Below are positions 48,101 through 53,847 of a stretch of 64,000 nucleotides of DNA, piece after piece. The DNA lies in IMG/VR virus record IMGVR_UViG_3300028832_000145, positions 1,305 to 65,304 of that record; one strand, given 5' to 3'. Origin of the DNA: a virus. Lineage: Duplodnaviria > Caudoviricetes. The translations under genes and the position numbers were made by a program. How positions within the stretch are numbered: the first letter of the stretch is position 1; each line of letters starts with the position of its first letter. The notes under the pieces are model-generated. The model worked only from the letters and a program-made list of their open reading frames with translations, searched no databases and was not told the DNA's origin.

Positions 48101-49967
48101 GTTCTTTCTTGATCTGATGACGATAGAAAGGATAGACAGCTGTATTCATACCGGCCATGAAGCCACCAAACCACATCGTACCGGCAAAGATGTCGGCCTG
48201 TTGCTTGCTGTCCCAAAGGTCGCTTATCTTGTTGTCGCCCGTAAGGATAGAGTTAAGGATGATACCATATTCTTCCTCTAACGGTTCCTCTATCATGCCG
48301 TCCCAGTGTGTACGCTCCATAAAACGCTTAGTGGCTTTGGCAAAAGGAGTGCTGCCTATCTTGCTTACCAAGTCGCTGATATATCCTAAGCCAAGCTTTT
48401 TGCCGAGCTTAGAGCCTGCGGCCTTACTCAACATGCCGCTAATGCTGCCACCGGCACCAAGTTCCGTGAAGTTCTCAATGATGCTGGATGCTTCACCTTT
48501 ATATATAGCAGTGGCAAGGTCTTCACCGCCTTCTACGAATACGTCTTCGCCGTTGACGTTCTCATAGTGGCCCATCACGATGTTACCGTCTTCGTCCTCA
48601 GCAAATTGTTTGCCAGCATAACGCTGTGCGATGTCGGCGGCTGTCTTACCTGCTTGTAAAGTGTTGCTGAGAACAGCTGCCTCTCCAATATTACCCAACG
48701 CTCTGGCACCAACACGGGCGACAACAGCTTTCAAACCATCGCGGCCGAATTGTCTTACGGCCTTACGAGCAAATGCCTTTCCAAGGCCGCTAGCGGGATT
48801 TGAAGCCATCTGCGCCATGAACGGAACCATCTCGGCAGTAGTCTTTCCTGCCGTATAGCCTGTAGGAAGGTCTGCAAGCTGCTGTGCCTGGGCTAAGGAC
48901 ATACCGGCAAGAGCAACGCCTGTTTCGCTGTCAGTAAGCTCTTCGCCGTTTTCCATCTTAGCCTTTATTCTCAGGTATGCACCAGCTTTCTCCATGTCGT
49001 TGATGCCGGCGGCATTAAGAGTAACGTCACCTAAAGCATCCCAAACACCATAGCCGAAGTTTTTCCAGTTGTTAAGCCAATCCTTGGTAAAAGGAACACC
49101 GACACCACCTAGGAAGTCGCTGCTCTTGCTCAATTCGCGGTTACGCTGGAGCATGGTCTTGGCTTCCTGAAGGTCACGGAGAGCTACATCAAGGGCTACC
49201 ACGTTTTTATCCTGACGCGCTATATCCATATTAACGTCTCGCGGCGATATTCCTTTGTCGTTGCTCGGTGTGAAGATATTATGAAGGAACTTGCCCACGC
49301 CAGACTGCGGGGTGTTTTCCGACCTTGCTTTCTCTAACGCGGCGGCATAAGCATCGTCACGCTGCTGCTGTAAGTCGGCTATCTGATTGTCAATTCTACT
49401 TTCAAGAGCCTGCTCGGGATGCTGCTCGTCCCACTCTGCTTGATCTATGGCGTTCTGCTCCATGTCGGCAAGTTCGCGGCTCTCATACTCATTGCCGGAT
49501 GGTGTGATATAAGTATTCTCCAGCTTGCCCGTCTTGGAATTTAGGCGCTGAGGCCCTTTTGTTACCTTGCGGTTCTCGCCGAAACGAATAGTCTTGGGCA
49601 CATCGAGGCCTACGCGCTGCTGGAGGTTGCCAATACGGTTGATGGTTCGCCTGTTCTCGCCTAACGTCTTTTGGGTATCGTCAATGTCCTGCTGCATCTG
49701 CTCCTGCCATGTGGGCGCAACAGTGCCCTGCGTTTTTGCCGCAGGTGCTGATTTTTGTGCAGGCGCAAACAAGGTGGCACTGAACGACTCATAGTCTTCA
49801 GGCACATCGTAATTATTTGCTTTTAATGACTTCCATAACGTGAGTCTATTCTGATAACCTTCATTTCCTTTTGCCGTCAGTGTCTGCTCAAACAAATTGT
49901 AGTCCTCGGGGACGTCGTAATTATTTTTGAGCAACGAGCGATGAAGCGTCTGTAATGGCTTTTCCAT
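30162..49967 (-). CDS. Giant DarB-like polyvalent protein, 6601 aa, probably virion-injected
   Basis: In order: hydrophobic N-region; pyrophosphatase-like domain (IENPKGSVR..YGYIRGT.GVDGDHIDVF); P-loop kinase (GRPAAGKS); adenine MTase (YYTP, LEGSAGIG, NVPF); SNF2 helicase (HEVGTGKS, DEAH); HExxH peptidase (HEGVAH); MutS-I-like domain; ART-like domain (VMYHGT); LPD38-like C-terminus. Confidence 0.9.
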   Translation of the reverse strand: MEKPLQTLHRSLLKNNYDVPEDYNLFEQTLTAKGNEGYQNRLTLWKSLKANNYDVPEDYESFSATLFAPAQKSAPAAKTQGTVAPTWQEQMQQDIDDTQKTLGENRRTINRIGNLQQRVGLDVPKTIRFGENRKVTKGPQRLNSKTGKLENTYITPSGNEYESRELADMEQNAIDQAEWDEQHPEQALESRIDNQIADLQQQRDDAYAAALEKARSENTPQSGVGKFLHNIFTPSNDKGISPRDVNMDIARQDKNVVALDVALRDLQEAKTMLQRNRELSKSSDFLGGVGVPFTKDWLNNWKNFGYGVWDALGDVTLNAAGINDMEKAGAYLRIKAKMENGEELTDSETGVALAGMSLAQAQQLADLPTGYTAGKTTAEMVPFMAQMASNPASGLGKAFARKAVRQFGRDGLKAVVARVGARALGNIGEAAVLSNTLQAGKTAADIAQRYAGKQFAEDEDGNIVMGHYENVNGEDVFVEGGEDLATAIYKGEASSIIENFTELGAGGSISGMLSKAAGSKLGKKLGLGYISDLVSKIGSTPFAKATKRFMERTHWDGMIEEPLEEEYGIILNSILTGDNKISDLWDSKQQADIFAGTMWFGGFMAGMNTAVYPFYRHQIKKELNLADLNGHLAFGDEWDVLKSGIDQMEDKDVVDYLYSIKDNSAFTNEQRAALFSYAARLKQYQGANVADMLNKMEGGLSEDASFIKNSYETGAEAETPDEKKQIADEAQAAEASLPEYGEEFAKMVALSENPVETMDYLLNNRDTYTDDQIAAAADYFSKKAKSDGMMDGVLDGIDLQVEEANASIRGNMHQQSGNLIMAKSGDQDYYIIGGDVVMGEDGTIEVAGTGGAVIVKDPDTGEVSVKSREELAPYYIQNAEELMQANETVLRQQLMQQAEDDIAYGSPAQEVFDIEDEVVLRDRGGNEIQGTIAMLPNSADGAYVVYTPDNKALQFTADELNRMVVAHNGQQVERTSMPMPAEATLGENSGENGERTGENEVTPGENGERIGENEATPGENKATPEENGERTGENSSAISRIPVVKDEYDNPILKKGRPQYEWHKASLEDATDALIETTGGDMLMARDTATDLINVAQQKLQQIRKQKIKGDDPFEIAESRKAKQQAEQEQQEIIKRWQDVGTTIRRRMDAEAAEKRAAEEAAKSAEQKAREAEAARQQKEQQDKIAADRRRKKIEEEIANWNKPYAPLSKARNEMAGDPQAVEVLNDVEPRSLEEWVSSLIRPQSMMWDDETDPATGRTIVGLQSELGLQKKDVERIGGLVASRQRGGKPFGQVVHDIWEELPEGIKNMYDDQDVRNTLIGLFGEGNTMRMRHLTEEHRIEEAREIMRENQRRDAEAEMDAWAEAYHLTPEERETFEDFMEETLKVAAEQQPSEPYLGNDEQQNQGSSTMDSQHPERTAGRESEGGESQVQKQGAQVEGVRNSEQQSAEREEDAGGGSAVPDNNVLGGILKEPFVDEERATALRQAMQKAYATGDAAAIQQAVNDIQVYIEAGGDFEGGYRDEVWDYEGNNPELMTDQYITHAMLNTYLEDDEDQEYIATGLRADMRMRDKDAEEEQQYAARYEMSGDVEESETNNGTEYRETLTIDGKYVAEKVDSPDEKGYYNGSSYEYDGQQFGGLRELIEYIDQQKAQLGATSSAEEIAEEEAKVDTNPSEGQKEAGNYQMGHIKVDGYDISIENPKGSVRRGTDQNGQQWEQEMHNTYGYIRGTEGVDGDHIDVFLSDLPIGGDVFVVDQVNPKTGEFDEHKVMYGFPDMASAEAAYLSNYEEGWQGLGAITPVSREEFKKWVESSHRKTKPFAAYKSVKTQGDVQVGESKPAAEAAETETKKQEKKPKEHKRIVSDDQMEELRKKLIEKFNTLNAGIDVERMLLGAMYAVGKIERGVTKFADYAREMVDEIGDAIRPYLKAFYEAVRNMPEAAEYRELMDSQEYVNAFDIDNFDKKTAPTVTEKAAQVVRQQKAKQAVKKIEKEVTAKIGNGVTQLDLFGEPAGNTEGTVSEKTSLESKGTAEKTNEPMFKDGTVLLREGAYNKIVGSIIKDGERIYEFAFYKDADAFTNNKPATTFTVSEKDLEMEIATHAYKPNIDKSDYRTYMTQEARTYFAYDPRFQNYVHKELAFIQAAVWDEVLIPADELKKEPAIIEAEGKMRKGKLELSDEQIKGYAERLFDAEHGSAVYDGKKLTGYTGEVRAEKKAFIVVGRPAAGKSSVFADPTSHQYAARIIDSDTVKPWLEGYDNGYGANYVHEASTIVAELALDMAIEKGENVVVPRIGGLSVVERAIEMRKKGYDVELLFNDVSKEDSVMRAASRFALKGRYLSLDYLTTIGDKVSIIFSNFVDANIGDYERIKNEVQKLLRRSERLSGETARTREGLRQLRTDVARGERASDTDVQNMVGDGGLSAPERQLVVNDGSPIFTHAEWKDNVVPFGTQPKTLWNSNDISFEDFLNNGTEREIPGESSPSGEGERQVSGGTDGAGTELGAEQNRSERSGSGRAVENQPAKPKQELHKNKRNNVGERGKDYAPTSPKARFNANIEAVKMMRALMDDGVEAPTKDQMEVLRQYSGWGGLGTYFNDESSAENKLLRDVLTDEEYNDAVMSANSAYYTPAMVIDTLWDIAKAMGFKGGNTLEGSAGIGNIIGQMPREMSRRSDIEAVEIDSISGNILKLLYPDAKVHIQGFEDTQIPNGSVDLAITNVPFVTGLHVFDKVDKDLSRRFVNIHDFCIAKNIRKLKPGGIGIFITSSGTMDKSNDLRSWITSEGQSDVVGAFRMNNETFGGTKVTSDIIVVRKRTAGKSAGAIDVSKASPLRVGTYTDKYGDDKQTTMVINDYFKEHPEMMAGEMAFGYEKGDTFRPGSYALYPVSGKEQEKMLQEFVKTMEQVGAMQSQQQKQATKEAKPVVENQLTAEKEGRMLVDENGRLCVSQRGVAVPLGLNDQKVKGYSKAECFKDYQAVQQAVDDVLQQQLNDPDDAKLEPKLKALNAAYDKFTKRYGTLHKNTAISFLRNDIDFPSFQALENYKESKDIKGKVTVHTSKAPVMQQRVLGFKTEPKPKSVKDALIASIFRSNGIDLGWITDRLNDGNVPKEGGQAGEWTADDVRKGILVSRLGFENPKTGQLEVRHQYLSGNVREKLAQAESYNEGGKYNANIEELKKVVPMDIPAHLIDFSLGSSWIPKELYVEFVKDSTDLRNVQLTHLAGSWNLEVGTWFREEKNRAGGVYSEEFNTTIYAHQLIDSALNNRPYKVAKVEKTFEGSTRTIVDQKATQACNVRIDEIKSEFKEWMRKKMQNDEELAGRIEKIYNDKFNALVPMTIGDEFLPEVFEGANMNISLYGHQKRGVMRGVTSPTMLAHEVGTGKSFTLISTAMEMRRLGTAQKPMIVVQNATVAQMTADAKLLYPNAKILSLSEKDRSAEGRRAFYAKIKFNDWDIIIVPQSTFERIPDSPERELQFIQEKIDEKKHIIEAAEGSNLDKRSIEKLKRELAGLEQEYGDKFLNSDPANDGAGPKRKKKDAKREAASLDKAETRAKEQLDRAVDDVQFFDDLGVDALLVDEAHEYKHLGFQTSIGRGIKGIDPSYSKKCAGLYNKTRCVFEKAGWKNVVFATGTPISNTAAEIWTFMKYLMPADVMRDNDIYYFDDFVHNFGSISQMLEFSTSGKFKENTRFAAYVNKPELIRIWSQVADTVLTKEVGKVQEKIPELEGGKDQDVFLPQSPSLVRIMAAVRKELERFEQMSGQQKKENSSIPLTMYGIAKRAAIDPRLVDAEAPDEPMSKTNSAVKEILADLDKTKSYKGTVAVFCDNQNRLGADKSVEFNIFDEMKAKLVKQGVPESEIAVIKSGMSITAKQKIFDAVNAGSIRVIMGSTQTLGTGVNIQERLHLLIHMDAPDRPMDYTQRNGRIKRQGNLHKEWGKSIKVVRFGVEDSLDVTAYQRLKTKSGFIDSIMDGKGSLMNNQVDRTVEEEEEGLFDNPVAVLSGSQYALKKNQAERELRKYQGKKSQWEADQVYIVDKLKRNEKAVNEYQNLYIPNEEKLLNHIRSLFPDGKAKRITIEGATVDLTASDADKKLAEVIKEKVNDPVNAIVKRNRENAIYNDEYLKFNVKVDNANITFSIGVVRESKWENGAMHTVIHRETSYKSEDLKMQRSADVRSFKDGIEEILTSRITGQRSEDAIARMKEEVERLKAESEQMQGRVGQPFQFGKELEEAEKRVEEYTALMKKEMEEKEAKYAEQAKEAGEDGGFDLRKADDSEDDELYRQAETFAEGELFPIHTNLVWDGHVLKRDRTYSVDLMPDEYATEQQLLDGLRRQYPEYYVSIVDGNVRFESWESVMQVPAVETSGTMTKRAEAGKKSYIERKTRNAIAAVTSLAEAMHLDVEVKTDLDGLVGKQRRAKGIFNRQTGKITLVLPNHRNQSDLINTLLHEGVAHAGLRKMFGANFDTFLDNVYENVSPEIRDRIKASMKRNGWGRHEATEEYLARLAERTDFDHASSQGWWQKIKDFFIEMLTRAGLRMSEPITDDELRYILWRSYDNLLHPGRRSIFDKAKDVQMQSRLKVGAYADDVRLMPTGLAAEPQALVVGLDPLYRKFREIKSKYPDALILFKMQDGNYKAIGEDVSPVGSAFGRGAWGNNSDTEYNIPADKLDIILPRLVRNGYRIAIVDEQQDNVANDVLLNSTDYASDEINAIVDKAKADGTYMLAPNGKPSNLNELQWAQVRTQAFKDWFGDWEKAAQEVRIVPAEKEHGFTNFADARHWAKQNIVRTYSDEETGGKGKIQISGKAVEKFMSEDAVTKSDSKDVHMSVLKVLPSVIHDGMVGESHPDYKKVNGVRSVENGINEGVTIHRVFGAVDIDGQIYRVKITLKEDRTQATKTKAYSYEATKIELLDGLSAAPVGTPRNSNSSITAAKLLKDIDKSHKKGEKLLDYSKVVDENGEPKVMYHGTDLDNVNRGEAFWTFYEDQHFGTKGQAIHRVRFDKSESGKKIYEVFLNIRNPQRRSDADENELDEKDMTMSEYWQQSVERSKGKGYDGIVYLNQYEDPDHPADSWIAFKPNQIKSATDNVGTFMTEDNDIRYSLRTKEPPKKTGKGYKVFVLKDGQLYPPMVANPGGEGTPIGVWLDADAAPVAGTSKTGRPQVKAGGKGTQGGSGQLAYRPGWHLGTIPYALQFNRKDNTGQTSGREGERSLFPNNFVWAEVEYADDVDYQDEARQEGVNANGKYQHSLAGLKHVPEDGSYKYRTNPDPKTDEWVITGAMRVNRILSREEVDELVRKAGREPQKIQDGDILTQDIVDELNAEIKAMKEADEMGLLYSDPDAWLDDVARDTYEAAVAKDSLKWQEAWQDSMVSLKAIQDAIAKETGNVAKGAEDAYRFENRMHGRSKNRTEQYDWRYYRPMLKAFNDFIKAKDMTFEAGQEYLIAKHGLERNVYYAMRDAVKEKLVKEVADERKKLEKKYKEKQIAEKSYKEQLNLLAKKEQTGVDDRIKQIRETLAYQRAKEDYENGDIGYTEYLRRIESVIKSHVGGYDTYAHDYSGLTETFAKEWYDDAQDTKRQAQRAIDPKTRAMLWKEYDRQMKEAYEVARGYAEDAVFSAETTPSGEAEATVAKLWKAINAATEATLKDSYESGLMSRDTYNKVRDMFEYYVPLRGWEEDKASDVYEYMGKDNVFSPAVKKTWGRTSKAENPLAYIGNVAVSTIISGHRNLMKQHFLNYVMNNPTSLVSISESWYENIGSLEEPIWIYRSADTAGKSPDEVTQIVNDFNEEMAEKQREGYAMPVRGRLRLDVNATKGQKSEHVVEVQRAGRTYELYINGNPKAAQALNGSTARAVSRISDTYFGRKLTSLNRNMAMFFTSKNPAFVISNLSRDLNMAGASVAINEGAKYNAKFIANVAKVLSPRMAVGDVSKMGLKGLVGKGRGVTGLMPKLMQKWKDGKLNESNETERLFKEFMDEGGETGFVNMLSIDSFKEKMKKEIGQMNGSSLLGKSKGQVKEAAATKGLRLLGDTFEFYNRCAEDATRFIVYMTSRQMGKTLEESIADAKDVTLNFNRKGTGDKGNAEIRDLFIFVNPAIQALSNMYRMAKGHPLKFTGVTLGFVAFGVMMPILNSWLLNMFGGDDDKDSYWNLPPWVRKNNLVFWVPGTSNFVTIPLAQEFRVFYGVGEMIASYCLDHPHNNGVLEIVESVADLVPINPTGNGGNIVVDFTPTGAQPIMQLAFNTDFTGKPIWKDNQGNKFDPMYSKAYVSTPKWMVAVSDAVNNVTGGDEDSRGWLERTTAGAYLNNPAVWNHLLQGYFGGMYNTIAKTFDVATTAAQGDVPKVYQTPILNRFVNRPLERDNAGVLGEDYWKLVESTEEMQHNIRKKRQRAADGDEAARQELERLLQSTDGKRAEVVSYYKGIIDVLRKGEKNVSDAGDKRMFKESITNWKEQMLEEIQAIEDGRDPMEVIMEQFDKSRNAAERKKLQNRINRMMTEQKSKGVSADVEKAMQFVEADDADSQSVGSDRYIELATAQNIKDDARIKAAKSKIKVYSDKYKSLQEEGKTEEAAAYRQQYAKYFAAETTVNRLSRAVSGNKKLLGKGHDEAVMKLIGSQRNAMLKAIEAIDK
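43881..43913 (+). repeat. Dispersed coding hairpin repeat, copy 7 (giant protein)
   Basis: CTCGGCAGTGC-CCTTGCT-TTCG-AGCGAGG-TT; encodes KTSLESKGTAEK. Confidence 0.8.
46865..47025 (-). repeat. Degenerate 21-nt tandem repeats encoding GENxxxx heptads
   Basis: GENGERT GENEVTP GENGERI GENEATP GENKATP EENGERT GENSS. Confidence 0.85.
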
Positions 49968-49970
49968 ATG

Positions 49971-50843
49971 CTATTTCTTTGTTTTCCAATTTACACCTGT
50001 TGATATCTTCTGGCCTTTAGTTGAACCACCTTTGCCACCGGAATTACCGCTTTTTGTAGCTGCTGGCTGCGTTTCCACCGTCTTTCGGTGTGTTACGCCT
50101 TTTTCATCAGTCCATGATATCGTCTCTTTGTTGTTGCTGCCAGAACCACTGCTCTTGCCACTCTTCTTGCTACCTCCGGTATTAGACCGATTCGCAGCAC
50201 CCGTCCTTGCTTTCATATACTCAACATATAACGGATCAGTGGGCTTTAGTTCTGTCAGTTCTCCTGTAGACGGGTCGAACGAAACAAGGCTACCATTTTT
50301 GAGTTCCTTGATAGTGATGGCTTTCTTTTTTGCCAGCTCGGCGTCGCTCTGCAGTTTATCATCGCGGCTATTGTAGTAGTTCGCCTGTGCCTCTGCCAGT
50401 ATGTCCTTGCGTCTGTCCTCGCCAGCCTGCCGTCTGAGTGCATACAACTGCTGTGTGTACTGTCTGCGGTAAGTATCGAGGTCATCAGCACGCTTGGTAG
50501 CATCCTGATAGGTCTGCTCCACCTGTTTGTAAGGGTCAGTGAACTGCTGAGGCGTAGCGCCTTTGGTGGCGTAGTACAGGTTACCAAGCTGACGGAGGCC
50601 GTCAAACAGTCCCGTCCATGCTGCCATCTTAGCCTTGCCTTGCTCCAGCTTGCGCTGTCTGGCTTCAAGTTCTGCCGGTGTAGGGCCTAACAGTTGGGCG
50701 AGTGAACCCATCGCGTCACTTGTATCTACCAGCGGCTGTGTCGGTTGAACTACAGGCGAAGGTGTGCTGACAGGCTGCTGCCCACCGCTGAACGGGGTTT
50801 GTATTCCCCTCATCCTTGCGGCATAGTCTGTGAGTCTGTTCAT
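49971..50843 (-). CDS. Internal virion (ejection) protein
   Basis: WTGLFDGLRQLGNLYYA amphipathic helix; lies between the small ejection protein and the giant protein. Confidence 0.55.
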   Translation of the reverse strand: MNRLTDYAARMRGIQTPFSGGQQPVSTPSPVVQPTQPLVDTSDAMGSLAQLLGPTPAELEARQRKLEQGKAKMAAWTGLFDGLRQLGNLYYATKGATPQQFTDPYKQVEQTYQDATKRADDLDTYRRQYTQQLYALRRQAGEDRRKDILAEAQANYYNSRDDKLQSDAELAKKKAITIKELKNGSLVSFDPSTGELTELKPTDPLYVEYMKARTGAANRSNTGGSKKSGKSSGSGSNNKETISWTDEKGVTHRKTVETQPAATKSGNSGGKGGSTKGQKISTGVNWKTKK

Positions 50844-51544
50844 AGGTTCCAGAATAATTGAGGGTTATACAAGTTCGATTTCTGCATGAGGCCGTATCTC
50901 TTATTAGATTGGAAGAGGCTTTTGCCATATCCCATCTGGTCAAGGAGACTTGTCTTAGGTGCTGGAGCCGGTGTAGTACCACCCGCTGCAGGACTGCCGC
51001 CGCTAGGGCCTAGCATTTCCTGACCTGCCTTTGTACCGCCAAAGGTCATTGCGGCACCAGTAGCCAGTGCGCTGCTTACACCGCCTGCGGCTTGGGCTAC
51101 GGCCTGTCCTTTCTGTAAGTCGGTTGCTATCTGCTGCTGGTTGAGGCCTTTCAGCTCCTGACGATACTGTGCATCGACAGCGTCCTTCTTATCCTCAAAC
51201 CTAGCCTCAGCATCTGCAAGCACCTCGGCCTGTTTGTTGTTAAGCAGCTCTTTCTCCTTGGCTACAGCGGCATCGGTAGCACCACCGACGGCGGCAGTAC
51301 CTTGTATCCGCTTCATTTCACGATCTGCCTGCTGCTGGAGCACGCGCAACATGTTCTGTCCTGACTTGGTGTCCGTCCAGCTCTCATTTCTCCGGCGACG
51401 GCGCTCATTCTCCGTAGCCACCTTCTCGGCCTGCAGCTTGGCGGCTGCATCCTTGGCAGCGTCGCTTGACTTCTTGGCACCGAACAATGATGAGGCCAAC
51501 GAAGCACCGGCCATCACCAAAGGTACTGCTAAGGGCAGAGGCAT
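50840..51544 (-). CDS. Internal virion (DNA transfer/pilot) protein
   Basis: MPLPLAVPLVMAGASLASSLFGAKKSSDAA hydrophobic Gly/Ala start followed by coiled coil, typical of podovirus ejection proteins; start moved to 51544. Confidence 0.65.
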   Translation of the reverse strand: MPLPLAVPLVMAGASLASSLFGAKKSSDAAKDAAAKLQAEKVATENERRRRRNESWTDTKSGQNMLRVLQQQADREMKRIQGTAAVGGATDAAVAKEKELLNNKQAEVLADAEARFEDKKDAVDAQYRQELKGLNQQQIATDLQKGQAVAQAAGGVSSALATGAAMTFGGTKAGQEMLGPSGGSPAAGGTTPAPAPKTSLLDQMGYGKSLFQSNKRYGLMQKSNLYNPQLFWNL

Positions 51545-51637
51545 TTCTTTCTTCTGTGTGGCATAGGCAGAGCATACACCAGACGGCAAGGTTATAAATC
51601 TCCAGTTCATAAATTGTACAATTTTGATATATCGTGG

Positions 51638-51682
51638 CAAAGATACATGGTAAAATGCCTAAGTTTTTCACAATATTATCAA
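51638..51682 (-). promoter_or_regulatory. Late promoter for the ejection/giant-protein operon
   Basis: On minus strand TTGATAATATTGTGAAAA, 19 nt, then TATCTTTG. Confidence 0.65.
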
Positions 51683-51830
51683 TCGCACAATAAAGCATGT
51701 TATTTTATTACACAAACCGTTAACCACTGCAAAAAAATCTCTATCTTTGCAGCGACATAATACAAATATGTTCTTTCTAAAGAAGGGAACACGTCGTGAT
51801 GACATGCTCCCTTTCCTTATAGAATAAGTC

Positions 51831-51910
51831 TGTTACAACCTGCTTATTTGCACGCTTTTGTCGAAATAAACATGTTACAACCGTCTTATTTGCACGTTTT
51901 TGTCGAAATA
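51831..51910 (+). repeat. Two 38-bp direct repeats, period 42, downstream of the integrase stop
   Basis: TGTTACAACC(TG/GT)CTTATTTGCACG(C/T)TTTTGTCGAAATA at 51831 and 51873. Confidence 0.9.
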
Positions 51911-51940
51911 AGACTTTTTCGTCAGAATTTCATGCTTACA

Positions 51941-53356
51941 TTATGCCCGTCGCAGTTTCTCAAACTCTGCTGCTGCCAAGATGGCACGCTCCTTATTATC
52001 CAATTTCAAATATTTGCGAAGCATCGCCTCGCTGCTGTGCCCTGTTACCGCCATGATACTTGACAGGCTCACACCATTCTTATACGCATTGGTGGCAAAG
52101 GTACGACGCGCTGTGTGCGTCTTGATGCACTCGTAGAACTTCTTACGGCTACGAAGCTCCATCAGTCCGTGACGCTCCATAATACCCGCTGGCTCCGTCC
52201 ATCCCAGCAGATGCCCCACCGTCTTGATGTGGTCGTTCACTTTCTGGTCGTACACCTTCGGCAGCTTACCACCATACTTATTGAGTATTGCCAGCACGCG
52301 ACTGTCAACAGGCAGGAATATCTCCTTGCCGGTCTTCTCCTGCGTCAGACACACATATTGCCTGCCGTCGCGCAAAGTCTCTATCATGTCGATGCTCACA
52401 CGCTTATAGTCACTCACACGCTGCCCGAGAAGACAGCCCACTACAAACACGTCCTTGGCTTTCTCCAGGGCCACACGCGAGGTCACCTTTTCAGTATCAA
52501 GCCTCAGCTCTTTCAGCTCGTCACCCTTGAACCGGCTCAACGCCTCTTCCATCTGTTGTGTGTCAGTTGGAGTAAATTCATAAAGCTGTTGCACACGATC
52601 CTCTGTCAGATACACATTGTCAACATCTTCCCGGTCGGCAGAAAAACGGCTGTTTTTGAACTCTTCACACGTCACCAGCTTCATGTCCTCGGCGGCAAAG
52701 AGGAAAATCTTCAAGTTCCTCACATGCCGTCCTATGGTGTTGGGAGAGTATTGTTTCTTGATAAAGAACTGCTTCCAGTCATCGTAGAAGTTCAGCGTCA
52801 CGTCATCAAACCCTATTATCTTATGGCGTACCGTCTCGTATTCCTCCAGCTGTGACAGCGTACCTTTATAGCTCTTGATGGTGCCCGGTGTTATCATCCT
52901 AGTAGACTTACGTTTCAGCCTCTCGCCACTCTCGCATTGTCTGATGAACTCCCTTATCCAGTCCGTCACAAGCATCTTCGGCTCTGCTTTCTGTTCCTGC
53001 TCCATTTTCACCTCATGCTGCTCCACCTCTTTAATATACGATTCGTTCATGATGCGGTTAATGACAGCCTTAACGTCATTGACATCTATCTCTTGACAAT
53101 CTTCCATTGATGACAGCGTCTTTCGTATTGACAATATCTTGTTGCCAAGTTCAGCGTACGACATGCCAGATAACTCCTTGACAGGTCTCTCATCTGAAAA
53201 TCTTTTAGGGAGCTGCATGTCTGCGTTCCATTCTTTAGAAGGAATCTTCACCTTCATAGAGACGTAGGTATTGATGTTGCATTGTCTATTCTTGATATAT
53301 ACATTAAGGCTGCATATATCTTCTTTTGTCGTCTTACGAGCTACGATACTAACCAT
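51941..53356 (-). CDS. int: Tyrosine integrase
   Basis: LGQRVSDY, THTARRTFAT and TGHSSEAMLRKY catalytic motifs; N-terminal arm-binding and SAM-like regions. Confidence 0.95.
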   Translation of the reverse strand: MVSIVARKTTKEDICSLNVYIKNRQCNINTYVSMKVKIPSKEWNADMQLPKRFSDERPVKELSGMSYAELGNKILSIRKTLSSMEDCQEIDVNDVKAVINRIMNESYIKEVEQHEVKMEQEQKAEPKMLVTDWIREFIRQCESGERLKRKSTRMITPGTIKSYKGTLSQLEEYETVRHKIIGFDDVTLNFYDDWKQFFIKKQYSPNTIGRHVRNLKIFLFAAEDMKLVTCEEFKNSRFSADREDVDNVYLTEDRVQQLYEFTPTDTQQMEEALSRFKGDELKELRLDTEKVTSRVALEKAKDVFVVGCLLGQRVSDYKRVSIDMIETLRDGRQYVCLTQEKTGKEIFLPVDSRVLAILNKYGGKLPKVYDQKVNDHIKTVGHLLGWTEPAGIMERHGLMELRSRKKFYECIKTHTARRTFATNAYKNGVSLSSIMAVTGHSSEAMLRKYLKLDNKERAILAAAEFEKLRRA

Positions 53357-53403
53357 ATAATGAATGTTTAAGTTACTGGGTGCAAAGGTAGCAAAAATTT
53401 ATT

Positions 53404-53658
53404 TTTGACGGACATTTGACGGACATTTTCTTTCACGGCCTTAAACATCTTTAACTACCACCAAAGCCCACAATAATAACGATTCATTGATTATCAGCAA
53501 CTTACACGTTTTTAGGATTTACAACGCAAATAAGCCCGATTTAACCGTAAGAGGTTTGCTAGGCACCTCAGAGCAAAACCCGGAAACCCCGATAAACAAA
53601 GGGATTCCGGGTTTCTCTTTTTTATAGACTTTAATTTTTGACGGACATTTGACGGACA
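53404..53658. other. Probable intact attP
   Basis: Tandem TTTGACGGACA pairs at 53404-53425 and 53637-53658 flank about 210 bp containing GAGGT-TTGCTAGGC-ACCTC (53551-53569) and an inverted repeat near 53578-53612; immediately upstream of int. Confidence 0.65.
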
Positions 53659-53847
53659 AACAAAAAAGCAAGCCCGCTGGCCTGCTTTGTAACTTCTAGT
53701 TCAGAAATGTCTCTCGACATCTCATCTACTACATTCACTAAATTGTAATTTCTTCAAAAACGTTTTGGCTTTTATGAAAATCGGGTGCAAAGGTAACTAT
53801 ATTTTCGTTACCTTATTGTTAATAATTCATAAACGTATCTCGGATAG

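Noticed and set aside
30324-48858. Many long plus-strand ORFs (up to 566 aa) antisense to the giant gene
   Set aside because: Typical antisense shadows, with no recognisable domains or own promoters.
51831-51910. Possible mini-CRISPR array
   Set aside because: Only two repeats separated by 4 nt; no spacer-sized gap and no cas genes.
53520-53620. tRNA or tmRNA fragment at attP
   Set aside because: No T-loop consensus or cloverleaf found.
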